From assembly GCF_009914755.1 (NCBI RefSeq), contig NC_060929.1: a DNA stretch of 64,000 nucleotides; one strand, 5' to 3'. Both the position numbers and the translations under genes were made by a program. Positions 1 to 14,694 of the stretch are shown one piece after another (within the stretch, counting starts at the first letter, position 1; each line of letters begins with the position of its first letter). Origin of the DNA: the human T2T-CHM13v2.0 reference genome, Homo sapiens. A model generated the notes under the pieces. It did not search any database. It was not told the DNA's origin and worked only from the letters and a program-made list of their open reading frames with translations.

Positions 1-120
1 AACTTTTAGTGGTGTATTTTGATCTAATTTTCTAAAGACTGGTGAGATTTTTTTTTTAAAAAGAAGAGATCCTATGTTCTCAAAGGGGGAAGGGCAGCAG
101 CTACATTGTCAAGAGGAGCT

Positions 121-147
121 ATATATATACATATATACATATATATA
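121..147. repeat. (TA)n/(TATATACA)n microsatellite
   Basis: atatatatacatatatacatatatata. Confidence 0.8.
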
Positions 148-971
148 ACTGTTACATCATGAATCAATAAAAGCTCAGAGAAAGTTTGAAAAGAAAAAAA
201 GAACTAGGCTGAAAAGTTAGATCTATCCCTAGTTACATAGATCAAACTGGCAGAATTTGGCTTACAACGATTCAATAGAAGAGAAATATACTTAGGTGTG
301 CTATCAAATAACTTCATGCATGTGAATGTGAAAAATGAGCTAAAAATTATAGATTGAATACAAAAACATCTGGCTTTGGGATTGGGTTGCCAATTAAGCA
401 TACTGATTTGCACATTTAAAAAAATGTCCTAAAAAATGTATTTAGATGAAGGCCTTAAAACCAAAACAGTATCATTGTGAATAAAAGTTTTTTTGGAAAA
501 AAAAAAACACAATATGGTAACGTGTATCTACCTTGCTATGTTTTAAATGGAAACATTCTATAATATCATGTACTATTCTTTGTTCATTCACTTGACATCT
601 GGATTAATTGTGAACATAATATCAATTTTATACTCTTGGCTCAAAACATGTTACGTCACTATAGTTCTAAATAGATATTTTATTTGTGGTATTCATATAT
701 CTTCTAAGAAAAATAGATTTTTCAGTAACAGATAAAGTACACACTAAATATAGATATTTGAAAATATTGATGAAAATCTGGAATAATATTTTAACTGTAA
801 TGTAATTCTTAAGTTATGTAAAAAAGAACTGACTCGTGGCTTTTGTAAGTAAATTTTACACAACGTATATATAGGCTACCAAATGATACAGATATGGTTG
901 TGCTGCAATAAGAATTGTACTTTTTATATTATTCTATCAATAGTTACATTAAATCCTATTTAAGAAGCTAG

Positions 972-1347
<376 letters not shown>

Positions 1348-2392
1348 TGAGCAATGAAAAGATGATTTTTAAAAAAAAGGTTGAATAGAAAAACAGCCAG
1401 CAACGGTAATCCATTCTGGATACAATTTTGCTTTTTATGAATAAGTCTGTAAAATATCAACATAAAGAATGTAGCTTTTGTATGAACACGGCCACAATAC
1501 TGAAAGCCAGTTCAAATACTGAACATTTTACAATTCTTATGACATGGGATTACACCCTTGTGGCTCACCTAGCATATGTTTCATTGGTTTGATTTTACAA
1601 CTCAAAGAGGAGGAAAATACAAAGTAAATCATTTGTGTTTTTTTTTTTTAAATCTGTCATTGCATTTTTCTGTGCTATTTAGGAAATGCAATACAAAAGT
1701 GCTCTCTGGATATTTATGAGTATTTCAAATTTCATGTGTATTAAAATACCAGTATCATTAATAAATGCTCACTTTATGTGAGGTAGTATCCAGAACCACC
1801 AGAACAACAAGAACTTTGTGATTAAAGCAGGAACACTATAAGGGATATTTACTAGCCCATATAAACATTTTACCAGCTCATTCTGTCCCATGGAACTATA
1901 GTGAAAAGAATTGGCATTTGTAACTGCTGTCCAGTATCAATGGTTGCAGACTAGTGAAGCAGGCAATAACTTTCATTTCTCCTAGCTTGAGGAAATGGTA
2001 AATAAATTAAACACATCAGAATTCTGCCCTCTTTGTAACTTCCACAGGCCAAAGACACATAAAGTGGGACAGAGTCCCTCTTTGTACTAGCTGATCAAAT
2101 AAACATGAAATCTTAAAAATATTCTTTTTTCAAAATACATTCTGCAGTTTCTTCTATGAAGAAATTCTGAACAATCACTCTTCCCAGAAGGGAGTAAAAA
2201 GAAATAGAATCAGAATGATCTACCCAGAGAAAATGAGTTCTGAAGTATAGGTGTATTGATACATATAAAGTAAGATTTTACCAAATGAAAATCATACCAA
2301 TAAGTTTGTTAAAGCTGACCCTAAAGAGTTGTTACTGAAAAACTATATAATTGGAATTATTACCAAATTCGTATTAAGTTCTTGATCTAGAC

Positions 2393-2639
2393 CAAGCTTG
2401 TCCAACTCCTGGCCTATGGACTGCACGCAGCCCAGTATGGCTTTGAATGGAGCCAAACACAAATTTGTGAACTTTCTTAAAACATTATGAGATTTATATT
2501 ACGTGTGCACCTTATTATTATTATTATTATTATATTTTTAGCTCATCAGTTTTCATTAGTGCTAGTGTATTTTATGTGTGGCCCAAGACAATTCTTCTAC
2601 CACTGTTTCCCAGGGAAGCCAAAAGACTGGACACCCCTG
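2393..2639 (-). mobile_element. MER30 hAT-Charlie MITE
   Basis: Ends caagcttgtccaac... and ...aaaagactggacacccctg match the recalled MER30 termini; 8-bp TSD atctagac/atctaggc (7/8). Confidence 0.9.
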
Positions 2640-3099
2640 ATCTAGGCTATAGCAACAAGAGAGAAAATACACTAAATGTTTATTAAAATAATTATCTTAG
2701 GGAAGATGGTAAAGGGGAGATTCTTTGCTGAGAAAGCTAAAATTCTGCTTATGTTTTTCAGTATATTTAAATTTGGTTAATAACATTTCAACATTTACTT
2801 AACTTATAATAGGCAATATTTCCTTGTGGAATTCCTGTTTCCCTAAATGTGTTTAAATTAAGGCCAGGCATAACAAGCTTCAGCCAGTATAAATAAAGAT
2901 AGTCAGAGGATTCACTTAAAATATTGGCAGCCTGGGGTTCAACTTACCTTTTATTTATAGTTTTCCAAAAACAGTAATATGAATTAACTGTAGTAAAGAA
3001 ATGGAAAAATATACAAATATATAAAAAATTTAAGAAGACTTGCAATTTCAGCACCCAGAAAGAAGCTTGTTCGTAGTTTAGTCTATTCCTTCTCATTAT

Positions 3100-3740
3100 T
3101 TAAAAATATATATTCATGGAAATATAAAGCCTATATGTTAATTATTTAATGGCTGAGATCATACTACATATACAGTATTGTTGACAATTGTCTAATATAA
3201 TTAAATATTAAACAATTAATGGCCCCATAATATTTCAAATTTGTAGATAAATTTTATTCGTTTCCCTATTCATGAACATTAAGGTTGCTTCCATTATCTT
3301 ACTCTTATGAATAGCTCTACACAAAATTAAGCATTCTTAAACATAAATTCCTGATGAAACTTTTGGGAAAGTTCATGAGAAAAATTTCTATGAGTTAGTG
3401 TATCCAATAGTGCACTATTTGAACTGTCTTGATCTGTGTTTCCCAATTGTTTCCCAGAAACTGCTGCATTTAAAACATCTCCAGAGTGTATGAAAGTGTT
3501 CATTTCATCTTACTTTTACCAGAGTTGAATATTATCAACTTAGTATTTGCCTTTTAAAAAGTCAATAAAATAATTATTACTTTACTATTTTTACATATAT
3601 TTAATAGTCACCTCTGTGAATTGTTTAAATGTTCTTGTCTTTGCTATATTTTTTTACAGAATTGTTGGTCTTTTAATGGACTTATAAGATCTCTTTACAC
3701 TTCTAGACTGTTCAAACTTTGTTATATTTGGAGCAGCATT
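3100..3740 (-). mobile_element. Old L1M (L1ME-like) 3' region fragment, highly decayed
   Basis: Weak similarity to the L1ME 3' region (e.g. 'aggttgcttccatta', 'ccaattgtttcccagaaa...ccagagtgtatgaaagtg'); boundaries approximate. Confidence 0.5.
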
Positions 3741-3755
3741 AAAACTGAGTTTGTG

Positions 3756-5056
3756 CCTGACAAAAACAAGAAGTGGGGAAAGGATTCCCTATTTAATAAA
3801 TGGTGCTGGGAAAACTGGCTAGCCATATGTAGAAAGCTGAAAATTGATCCCTTCCTTACACCTTATACAAAAATTAATTCAAGATGGATTAAAGACTTAT
3901 ATGTTAGACCTAAAACCATAAAAACTCTAGGAGAAAACCTAGGCAATACCATTCAGGACATAGACATGGGCAAGGACTTCATGTCTAAAACACCAAAAGC
4001 CATGGCAACAATAGCCAAAATATACAAATGGGATCTAATTAAACTAAAGAGCTTCTGCACCACAAAAGAAACTACCATCAGAGTGAACAGGCAACCTACA
4101 GAATGGGAGAAAATTTTTGCAATCTACTCATCTGACAAAGGGCTAATATCCAGAACCTACAAAGAACTAAAACAAATTTACAAGAAGAAAACAAACAACC
4201 CCATCAAAAAGTGGGTGAAGTATATGAACAGACACTTCTCAAAAGAAGACATTTATGCAGCCAACAGACACGTGAAAAAATGCTCATCGTCACTGGCCAT
4301 CAGAGAAATGCAAATCAAAACCACAATGATATACCATCGCACACCAGTTAGAATGGTGATCATTAAAAGTCAGGAAACAACAGGTGCTGGAGAGGATGTG
4401 GAGAAATAGGAACACTTTTACACTGTTGGTGGGACTGTCAACTAGTTCAACCATTGTGGAAGTCAGTGTGGCAATTCCTCAGGGATCTAGAACTAGAAAT
4501 ACCATTTGACCCAGCCATCCCATTACTGGGTATATACCCAAAGGATGATAAATCATGCTGCTATAAAGACACATGCACACGTATGTTTATTGCAGCACTA
4601 TTCACAATAGCAAAGAGTTGGAAACCAACACAAATGTCCATCAATGATAGACTAGATTAAGAAAATGTGGCACATTTACACCATGGAATACTATGCAGCC
4701 ATAAAAAAGAATGAGTTCATGTCCTTTGTAGGGACATGGATGAAGCTGGAAATCATCATTCTGAGCAAACTATCGCAAGGACAAAAAACCAAACACCGCA
4801 TGTTCTCACTCATAGGTGGGAACTGAACAATGAGAACACTTGGACACAGGAAGGGAACATCATACACTGGGGCCTGTCAAGGGGTGGGGGAAGTGGGGAG
4901 GGATAGCATTGGGAGATATACCTAATGTAAATGACGAGTTACTGGGTGCAGCACACCAACATGGCACATGTATACATATGTAACAAACCTGCACATTGTG
5001 CACACGTACCCTAGAACTTAAAGTATAATGAAAAAATAATAATAGATAATAGAAAA
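3756..5056 (+). mobile_element. 5'-truncated L1PA (L1PA4/5-like): ORF2 C-terminus, 3'UTR and A-rich tail
   Basis: ORF track gives L1 ORF2 sequence ([21 protein letters not shown]..., EIPFDPAIPLLGIYP); G-rich 3'UTR; perfect 15-bp TSD aaaactgagtttgtg (3741-3755, 5057-5071) at a TT/AAAA site. Confidence 0.98.
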
Positions 5057-5559
5057 AAAACTGAGTTTGTGGTTTGATTTTAATGTCTTTCATAGTGGAG
5101 GTTTTTAAACATAAACCTAAAAATTATATCACATTTAAATAGATTTTTGTCTTTGTAATTTTTCCATTGATTTATATCTAGAAACTCTTTCCCTAATGTA
5201 AATGCAATATATATTTAATATAGCTATGAATAAGACAGGAAAATATTTAGAAGTAAGGAAGATTGAAAATGGAAATATGTGCCATATCAGAGATTAAAGT
5301 AAACTTTTAATAATGCATTTAAGATAATAATATAACTAAAATAATTATAACTAAAATAATGCTATCTTTATATTATACAGTATTTAATACATTTGGAATT
5401 TATTTAAATATATTATATGATGTGGGGGAATCTAGTTTAATCTATTCACTCATTCAGTGACTCTTTAATACCAGGCACTACTTTAAGTGCTGAGAACAGA
5501 GCTGGGACTAAAATAGACAAAAATTGCACACTGGTGGTGTATATATTTTACTAATACCT

Positions 5560-6900
5560 AATTTTTTTAATGGAGTGTTTCACCAATTTTCCAACATCAT
5601 TTCTTTACTATGCCTTTCTTTCTCCATTCATTTCTAAAGATTTTTCTCAATTATTATAGAAAGTAAGATCTGCTTCTGGGTAATGTTTTTCTTTTATTGA
5701 TTAGACTACTGATACTTACATAAATACAATTGCACATTTATAGTACAATCTAATTTCTGACATGGTATATATTCCCTTCTGCAATCTTTCTTTTTTAAAA
5801 AAAAAATCCTGGCCTATTTATAGCCATTTGTTTTCACCTAATAAAATTTAGAATCACTGATAGCATACTAAAATGCTAGTGCTGAAATTTGGATTCGAAT
5901 TCAAATTATTTCCAAAAGATGAGGGATCTTTACATTAGTCATCCAGAAACTTGGGAAGTTTTTCTTTTATTGACATCTCCATTTATATCTGTTAGTAAAG
6001 TTTCAACAAATTTTCTTCTTTTAGGTTTTATATATTTCCTGTTAAAGTTTTGCTTTATATTTTAATTGCTCTTATGAATAGAATATTTTCATACATTTAA
6101 CAATTGTTACTATACAAGAAATGGTATCTATACTTTTTCATTGTGTCTTGTCAATTTGCTAGTCAACCTTATTAATTCTAAGTTTTTCAGTTCAATTAGT
6201 AGGATTTTCTAGACAATTTTATATCAGCAATAATTGTAATTTTTGTTTCTTTTTTCCAGTAACTATATTCCTTCTTTATGTTTTATGTTTAATAATTGAC
6301 TAAAATATCCAAACTTGTAATATCTAATCTTATTTCTAAATTTATTCTTAAAAACCTTGAATGTTTTTCCATTAAACATGAAGTTGGCTTTCAGATTAGG
6401 TTTGGTATTCTTGATCATGGTGAAGAAATGGTTATTTTTCCCAAGGTTACTGAAAGTTCCTGTGTTTTGGTTTTGTTCTTGGGCAGAAATTTATGGTAAA
6501 GTGATAGCTTTTTTCTTTTAACCTCTATTGAGTTTTGTCCCCTTAACTTATTGATGTTATATATAAGTTTCTTCTATTCTTTTTACAAATTCTACCTCAT
6601 TATTCTGAATAACTTTAGAAATTCACTCCTACATTAACTTTAGAAATGTTTGTATATATAGGCAAGAAGTGAGAGTGATCTATAGTATTAATTATTTTTC
6701 TATCTGTGTAATATTTTGGATCTATAACTATGATTAACTTGAAAGCTTTTAATTGCGTGTGTATGTGTGTACTCTAGAATTATTACTGTAGCACAAAATA
6801 TGCTCAATTGCAGAAATTTGGAAAGAATTCCCCTGTGAAACTATTTTAGCAAAAGTGTCTTATTAGGAAGATAATTCTTCAGCACTTTTTCCATTTTTTT
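5560..6900 (-). mobile_element. Old L1M ORF2 fragments
   Basis: T-rich decayed antisense L1 ORF2 (e.g. 'tcctggcctatt', 'aatgtttttccattaaacatgaagttggct'); boundaries approximate. Confidence 0.55.
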
Positions 6901-9900
6901 CTAGTTTTGTTTTACTTTAGCAAGTACTTTTGGATGAAAATCAATGAGAACAGACTCAGAAGATAAGTGAAAGCAATAAATATAGGAAGCTCTTCTCTGG
7001 AAGAACATTTCAGTAGTTACAGCTAAAATTATGAATAGTTGGGTTAGGTAATTTCTTTCAGAACTTTTTCTATACATCTTGTACAGGTAAGCAAGGAAAA
7101 ATACAGCAATTAACTCACACTGACAAGAACTAAAGGAAAGGTTGAATTGATTTTGATAGGGATTATAAGCAGTGGGAACATGAAGCCATGCTTTTCCTGT
7201 GAACAGTCTAGTTTAGGGAGTTTGCAGAGCTAACTTGTGAGAGCTACTAAAATAGAGTGAGAACCATAGAGTAACTGAGGAAAATGAGAAGCAGCACCAA
7301 AACGGCAAGTGGGGTATGACCAAGAACAACTTTCGAGTTGTATTTGTGTTATATCCAATAGTTAATTCATATTTGTTTTGTGCCCTCTCCTCTACTTTAT
7401 CATCATTGTCATCATTATTATTATCATAATCATGATGTTGTAGGGACAATCTATGTAGTATTACAGATCCTGTATGTTGATTAATGTTTCATATATTTAA
7501 TGACTATTACTCTGCTTACATTTCTATATAAGACATGAAGAATACCAAGGAAAATGATAATCACAATAATATATAGAGTATATTATACTTTACACAACAT
7601 TCTTTTTCATTCATTACTGACTTATAATTTGAGGATATAGTATAACTATTTATCAAGGGTTTGGATTGAACAATAAGTCTTAAGGACATGCCATTTTCAG
7701 CTGCTGAGGCCAAGGAAGGCATCACAGAGGAAGAAGAATGTAAATAAGCCTTTGAGATAAACCATCCTACTTGGAAGGATTGTCTTCTTTGGCACTAGTG
7801 TATCATTGAAAGATGTGGGATAAAAGAGTGTCAGATAAAATGAATGCTTAGGATCTAAAAGTCATGGATCTGAAAGTCATGTGTAAAAATGAAGTATAGA
7901 AAAGGAAAGACCAGGGAAAGGCAAACTAGTTGAGAAGCTACTTTAATAATCTGGAGCAATGGTGAAATGCCTCAAATACAGAAGCCTTGTGTTGGAGAAG
8001 AATATCACTGTTTTGTTGCATCAGAATATTTAAAAAGTTCTATAATGTCTACTGTTTCACCATTTATATGATGTAGAGTTTGGATTATTTAGAAACTCTT
8101 TCCATGTCTAAAACATGGTGATACTATGATTCAACTTGTAATTTTCCTCCTCATCCTACACTGGAAAGCAACTAAGGGAAACAATCGCTTTTAGTGTTTT
8201 TGTCCTCTCAGAGTTTGGGATAGACCTTTGGGATAGGTCTTAGTGTTTATTAACAAGACGTCAAAGACTTCAGTTATTACCTTCACTTCAGTCAACTTCA
8301 AGCAGTCAAACTGATGAATAACCAGAAAGCTGTTTATGATCCACCTGGTCAAGGAGTTTAACATAATACAGAGAAGGTATGGCTAGAAATAGTATATTTA
8401 TATAAGAATTTTTACATTTGGATTCCAAAAAAGTTTTATTCTTATCTAAGATATTAACAAGGATTTAGACAATAAAAATTTGGATTTCAAAAATTAAAGC
8501 TAGACAACAATGATATATTTTTAAAAAAATTTAGGCTTATTTTTGCTGCCTCTACTGGGAATCCCACCCCTCACGCCTATCTCAGGTGGCCATAGAAATT
8601 AAGAAATAAAAGCAGTAGAGGATGGAACCTTGTTTTCTGGGAAGTATATGCAAATAACATACACCACAAAATAAATGGCTGTAGAAATGAAAGATGTTAC
8701 ATTAAACTAATTTTTATTCTCCTTTCTTGGACTCCTTATCCCTTTTCCATATCCCAGTTATTATATTTTCTATTCAAACCACAAGAAATATTTCCATAAT
8801 GAAAACATAAATCAATTTTAAAGACCTTTTAAAAATTAAAATGCATCCAGCCTATGAGAGTCGGAATGAATGACAAAGGTTTCCAGGAGCATTTAGGAAG
8901 TTCCAGAAAATATTACAAACTTCAGGCAGAAGTATCAGGTCATACTTTTCAGAGAGAAAAGAGGTTCAGTGCCCATAAAAGTTAGAAAAAAGTAAATGTT
9001 TTCAATGGACAAAGTGGTTGGAAAATATCAAGAATAACTTTTAAGCTTAAATTCCAGGCTACATTTTACTTTTTTAAAAAGTTATGACATTTGATAATTT
9101 CTCCTCTTAAATTTTGGTACTTGGCAGAAACAGAACTCATAGATGTCCTTAATTTAGAGATATTCCAGAGCCTGGATTTAGATGGGTGCAGTGAAGTTTG
9201 CAGTTTCACTGATAGAGAGATGTAATAAAGATTTGAAGGTAGCAGCTGGTTTCTTGGGAAAAGTAGACCTCAGGCAAAGAGATACAGGGCAAGAGATCTC
9301 AGGTCAAAAGGACGATGGTAGTCTTCCAATTATATTAAGATATATTTTATAAGAGGCTTTTATGTAGACAATTATATGTGGGAAGCTTAACTTTAAAGAA
9401 AGACAGACTTGGAAACAATGATAAAATGCAATTAATTATGACACGTTTTGTCACATTGTTTTTCTAAAGGTTAAATTTAATCTAAAAATATCACACTTGA
9501 TATTTTGAAATTCTTTTGTCATCAAAATCAGTGATACTTAGAGTATGAGTCAACATACACAGAGCTAATATTTTAGAATATTTCCTTTATATGTGTATTA
9601 TGTTATCAATACATTTATTCAGCTCTCCCCATAAGTACTTAGATGTTACTAGATGTGAAATTTACATGACAAAATATTTCAATAGACATTTGAGCATATT
9701 TTTAAAGTGGGCATTTTCTTTAAAGGCTTGATTTTTCATATGAAATTTTAATAATGTAGAATTCATTCTTCCTCTGAAATGTTGCTAGTTCAAAGGTTTT
9801 GGAAAACTGAAGTGTTCTTTGAAGTGCTTTGAAATATTTTAAAAACGTCTTTCACAAACAAATTTGTTTTTTACAGACTGCTCTGCTCATTGACACACCA

Positions 9901-11584
9901 AGACACCACTTCAAACGTTACGGCAGAGCTGTAGACAGGCAGGCAGCCACAACAGACAGGACAGTCTTGAGACAGACAAGCTGCAATCACGGGGAGAGGG
10001 ACTTAGAAAAAAAAAAATCTCAGGAGTCTCTCAGACTGGAGGTGAAAAGTCACTCACCAAGTACACCAGGTTCTGTAACCAGAGCCTATAGGCCCAGGAA
10101 GGTGCTATGGATATTATGAAATACGCTGCTAGATCCAATGTTTTCTGTAGCTAACCAGATTCTCCAAACAGAATATGATTTCTTGCAGCAGCGTCTTTGA
10201 ACTTGGAGATTAGCAATAATAGCTCTACTTATCAGTTAAAATATATTTTTAGGTAAATTTGCAGTATTAACAATATGAACTAAAATGAATCATTCTGATA
10301 CTTCCCAAATAAAAAAACCTCTTAAAAAATGTTTTTAGAAATCCCATTTGATCCTAAGAAGCTCTCAATGCATATTGATTGGTAAAGTATTTATTTAAAA
10401 ACTAAAGCTATTAAAAAGTATAATACCTTCAATAAATTTCAATTTTATTAATCATGAGAATATTTATGGTCCTTTGAACTTGGTACGTACATGTTGATAA
10501 TATAGTTTATTTAAACATTTCTTATAGCTTTGGACATCTTGAAATAGCCTTGAGGTCCAGATTATGGGAAAAAATACCCTACTCTTTGTTTCCTAGAATT
10601 TTCTTTTTGGCTTTTACATTTAATCTTATCTATTTGGAATTTGGAATTTTCAACTATGGATATGGTTCCATTTACAAGTCTCTGACAAAAGGTTTTATAA
10701 AGCAAGTTATGTTTAAATGCATTCAATAGTTTACTTTAAAGAAATTTTTTGGTAAAATCTTTGGAAAATATAGAAATATTTTATAAAGTGAATAATGTAT
10801 ATTTCCCATGGTTGGCATCTCCCATATTGTGTACCTATTTAAGAACTTGTTTACATACAAAGATAGACACTTAGAATATGAGAGAAAGGTCTTTAATATC
10901 AGTACTGCAATAACTTACCATCTGGCTAGTAGGAGAGTAAATGTAATAGATTTAGGATAATATGATCAAAGATTAAATGCCAGTTTAGATATTCTCACCA
11001 CACTTCTAAGTACCAGTTTGAAAAAAAAAAACCCTAGTATTTGGAATAGAAAGGACTGGGAATCAGAAGTAGAAAATAGATCACAGAACTGATTCAATCA
11101 GAAGAGAGTAAATTATGAAATATATTGACAACTTAAAAAGGTGGATGGGAAAAGAGAGGCAGACATTGCATTTGTATATCTGAGTCACTTACAAGGGGGT
11201 ACATAGGGTTCAGTTTTAAAATTATTCAGTGGGAAGATAAATATTTTTGGGGTATTGAAGATATTTACAGTAAAATTGATCCATACTATCCAATGTACGA
11301 ATAAAAATGATGAATCGTGGTCTTTCCTCCTAAAATCTAAGAAAGGCTACGAATCTATCAATGGGAAATTTCTTTACTTAAGTCAATGACATTATATAAT
11401 AAGTCTGACAAAAATTAAATGATATAACATATAAAAATTTAATTATTCAAAATTATTCTAGAAAAAAATTAGATTCATCAAAAGAAATGTAAACAGCTAT
11501 CAAAGTAGCTATCAAAACTCAGCCACAGAAACTAAGAATTAACAGATAATTGACTTTAAACCTCAGAGAGAAGAAAAAATGTTG

Positions 11585-11735
11585 TGTGTTACATGCCAAA
11601 AAATGCCAAATATTTGAGGTGATGGATAATTAGCTTGATTTAATCATTCCATGTTGTTTTTAAAAATCATAACATCACTTTGTAGCCCTTAAATATATAC
11701 AACTATAATTTTTCAATATATAATAATTTGTTTTT
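11585..11735 (+). mobile_element. L1MA 3' end fragment
   Basis: 'tatttgaggtgatggataattagcttgatttaatcattcca...aacatcactttgta' is typical of the L1MA 3' terminus. Confidence 0.75.
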
Positions 11736-12989
11736 TAAACCAAATGTATACATGCTCAGAGTCTGAAGACCTTCTTTCTTGGTGTTAATTTTTTAAAATG
11801 TTATTACAGTTCTTAGATGCTCAAGAGTTGAAGTAAAAAATACCTCTAAGCATCCTATCATTATTAATTATGACAGTGAATTTAATGAAGAGACATTTTA
11901 AAATTAACACTCTTCTTAACCTCCATCCACCACTTGGCCAGCAAATTAAAGAACAGTCTTTTGTATTGTCGTTACAGTTGATAACCAAGATAAAGCAACT
12001 CCGCAGAACCCTGCTGCTCTTAATGTAGGTTTATCTTTGATGGCTGAAGCAGCATTACTTGAAGAAATCGCCCTCCATTTATATTTACCGTATTCCTAAA
12101 AAACACTGTCTCTGTGTTTTCGGGAAAAAGATATCAATATATTGTTTATATTAAATAAATGACAATGAGAGAATATAGTATGTTCTGTTTCTATGTTAAA
12201 TTGCTTATTTGCCTTTTTTCTCTTCCTAAAATTGATACAATCTCTGTTTAGATTTCTTCATTTATTCAATTTATCCTGTTGCAATCCAAATTAAGACCAT
12301 TAGAAGAAAAAGATAAAATACTATGGAATTAGAGTTAAGGAACCCATTAGGTGTTAAGAGTATTCTAGGTACTTAAATTTTTAAAAATGAAGATTCATTT
12401 TTAAATAAAGAAGCATAGGCAAAGAGAAAATGTGATATTGTCTATGTTGTATATTATGAATTATTTTATTTTCATAAATCCAAAGGGAGAATGGAATAAC
12501 TTTCTTTAATATAGAAGCTGTTGCTCACAAGCTCTCTTCTCCCTAGCAGCTGATGGATTGGGTTTTTCCACTGCCATTACGAACAATGGACGTCAGGAAA
12601 AAAAAAATCAGTCTTTGAGACCCAGCGAAAGGATTTTTGTTTGTTTTCATTACTGAAGAGTAGAAAAAAGCACGCATGTATATAAACAGCAAATACTTCA
12701 GTTGAACTTGAGGTCTTAGATGAAATTTACACTAGATATCAAAATGCAGGGACAGATAGGAAAAATATTTTGTGAAGAAAAAGCAGAGGATTTTTATATT
12801 GCTGAAAATATACATAGAATTGTCCACATGAAGATTGGGCTTATAAGGAAAAGTCTGGGTAAAATTTCAGGATTTAAGAGAATACCAATAAAGTGAAGAT
12901 TGACATTAACCAGACCAGGCTATAAATACCACACAAAGAGACCAAACAAGTCCTCCCCTGACAGGTCTGACCACCTCTCCCCTTCTATA

Positions 12990-13110
12990 ATGAACAACAC
13001 TGGAAAGAAACCTGTTGTTCTTTCTGGATCAGCGAAACTTAATACGTTAGTTAGAGAACTTTTGTTTTTGGACGATTTTGCATTTGCGAATTTACCTAAT
13101 ACCGTCCTAC
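12990..13110 (+). mobile_element. Possible ancient RTE-clade LINE reverse-transcriptase fragment
   Basis: Translation TGK...AK..TLVRELLFLDDFAF resembles the RTE RT catalytic segment DGK...AKTK..LIRELLFADDCAL; short match, recalled not aligned. Confidence 0.5.
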
Positions 13111-14694
13111 TGATATGTGTAGGTTAAATAATGCAGTGTAATGGTATAGTCAAGTCTCTACAAGTGTCATCATTTAATTATCTCTATTGTCTTCCTTATC
13201 ACTCAAATTAATATGACTTATTTTTTTCTCAATATCAGTTTAGTGCGGAGGAGGAAGCCACTTTCATGTTTAAGGAAAAGCTTTAATTGCCTGTACTCTA
13301 AAAAAGGAAAACGTTAACATGGAGGTAAACATATCATTTTCTCTGCTCTATTTTATGTGCTTGAAAAATATTAGGTCATAAAGCTTGTTTTATATTAATA
13401 TCATTCATTTATATATATATTTATTCTCTTTTTTAGTCTTTAAAATATGCATTATATTCTAATAAGACTACTGCAGCTGTAACAAATGGTGGCTAATTAC
13501 ACGTTATTGACTGTGAAAATATTTTATTATTTAATGTTCAATATCCAATGATTTTAAGAGTATAAATTGTAATAGTATTCTTAAAACAGTCTTCCAGAAT
13601 ATTATTCATAAATAATCAATATAAATATGAGCAATATATAAAAGCATTGATGTTTCATTATTTAATATTTTCAAATTATTATTATCTAAAATATGTTTTG
13701 GTTGAAAGTTCTAAATTCCATTTTAAATTATTCCCTGATGTAAGAAATATCCAACAAATATTAAATGGAGATTTGCCACATATACTTGTTATGGAAGTTT
13801 AAAAATTATATCTTATATGGTCAGCAAAAGGAAGTGAAGTTGACATATGTAACTTTCCAAATTAAAATGTTTTATGAAAGGAACGTTAATAAATAATATA
13901 TAAAGTGAATATGTCGATCTTACTAGCAGCTCAAACTGCAAATGTTTTGCAAAGAAATACACTTCATTGCAGATAATTGATTAATAAAATTAAAATGATC
14001 TCTGATACAACCTTCAAAGTATTGTCTCCTCTATAGGACAAGATTAATTCACTGTATTTAACTAATTGTGGTCTAAGCCTAGCCAAAGCCCCATTTATGT
14101 TCCTTAAAAATGATGATGAAAATGGGAGTCTGTGTAACATAAAATTTGAACTGCATCTTATGAAGTTAAGACAAATGTGTGGCTCCAACATGAATGAAAT
14201 ACATTACTTATCAAAATTTATTTCTTTCTCTAGTAATTCCTTCAACCACTACCCTTGTAACTTCTTCTGACCACATTTGATGCTGGTAAGATCCAAAGTT
14301 TTCACCAGAGAATGTCGATAACATCTGTATTCCTGTTATCATTTTCTAAAATGGCACTGAAACTATTTGTCCAGTTCAGATTGGAATACTAAATTTTACT
14401 ATATCTTTATTATTGCACATTACTTTTATTTTCTCTCTGCATCTTCTAGGCAAGTTGAGGTCAGAGATTATTGCTTATCTGCTTTTGGTTAGCCTAGTAG
14501 TTGTACTAGAGTAAGTATTCAATAAATAATTTTAAAATGAACAAATGAATAAATGTATTGTGCTGCAGAAGCATTTGTATCAAAGAGACATTGAGTATCT
14601 TCCTTGGAATGTAGTTTGATATACTGTTTTCTAAAGTAGATGAGAAAGTCCAAATCAAGTGTAGATAAGACAAGATATCCAAAGTGGTAATTTT

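Noticed and set aside
3621-4409. 262-aa ORF as a protein-coding gene
   Set aside because: It is the C-terminal ORF2 of a 5'-truncated L1PA read in from flanking DNA with a non-ATG start
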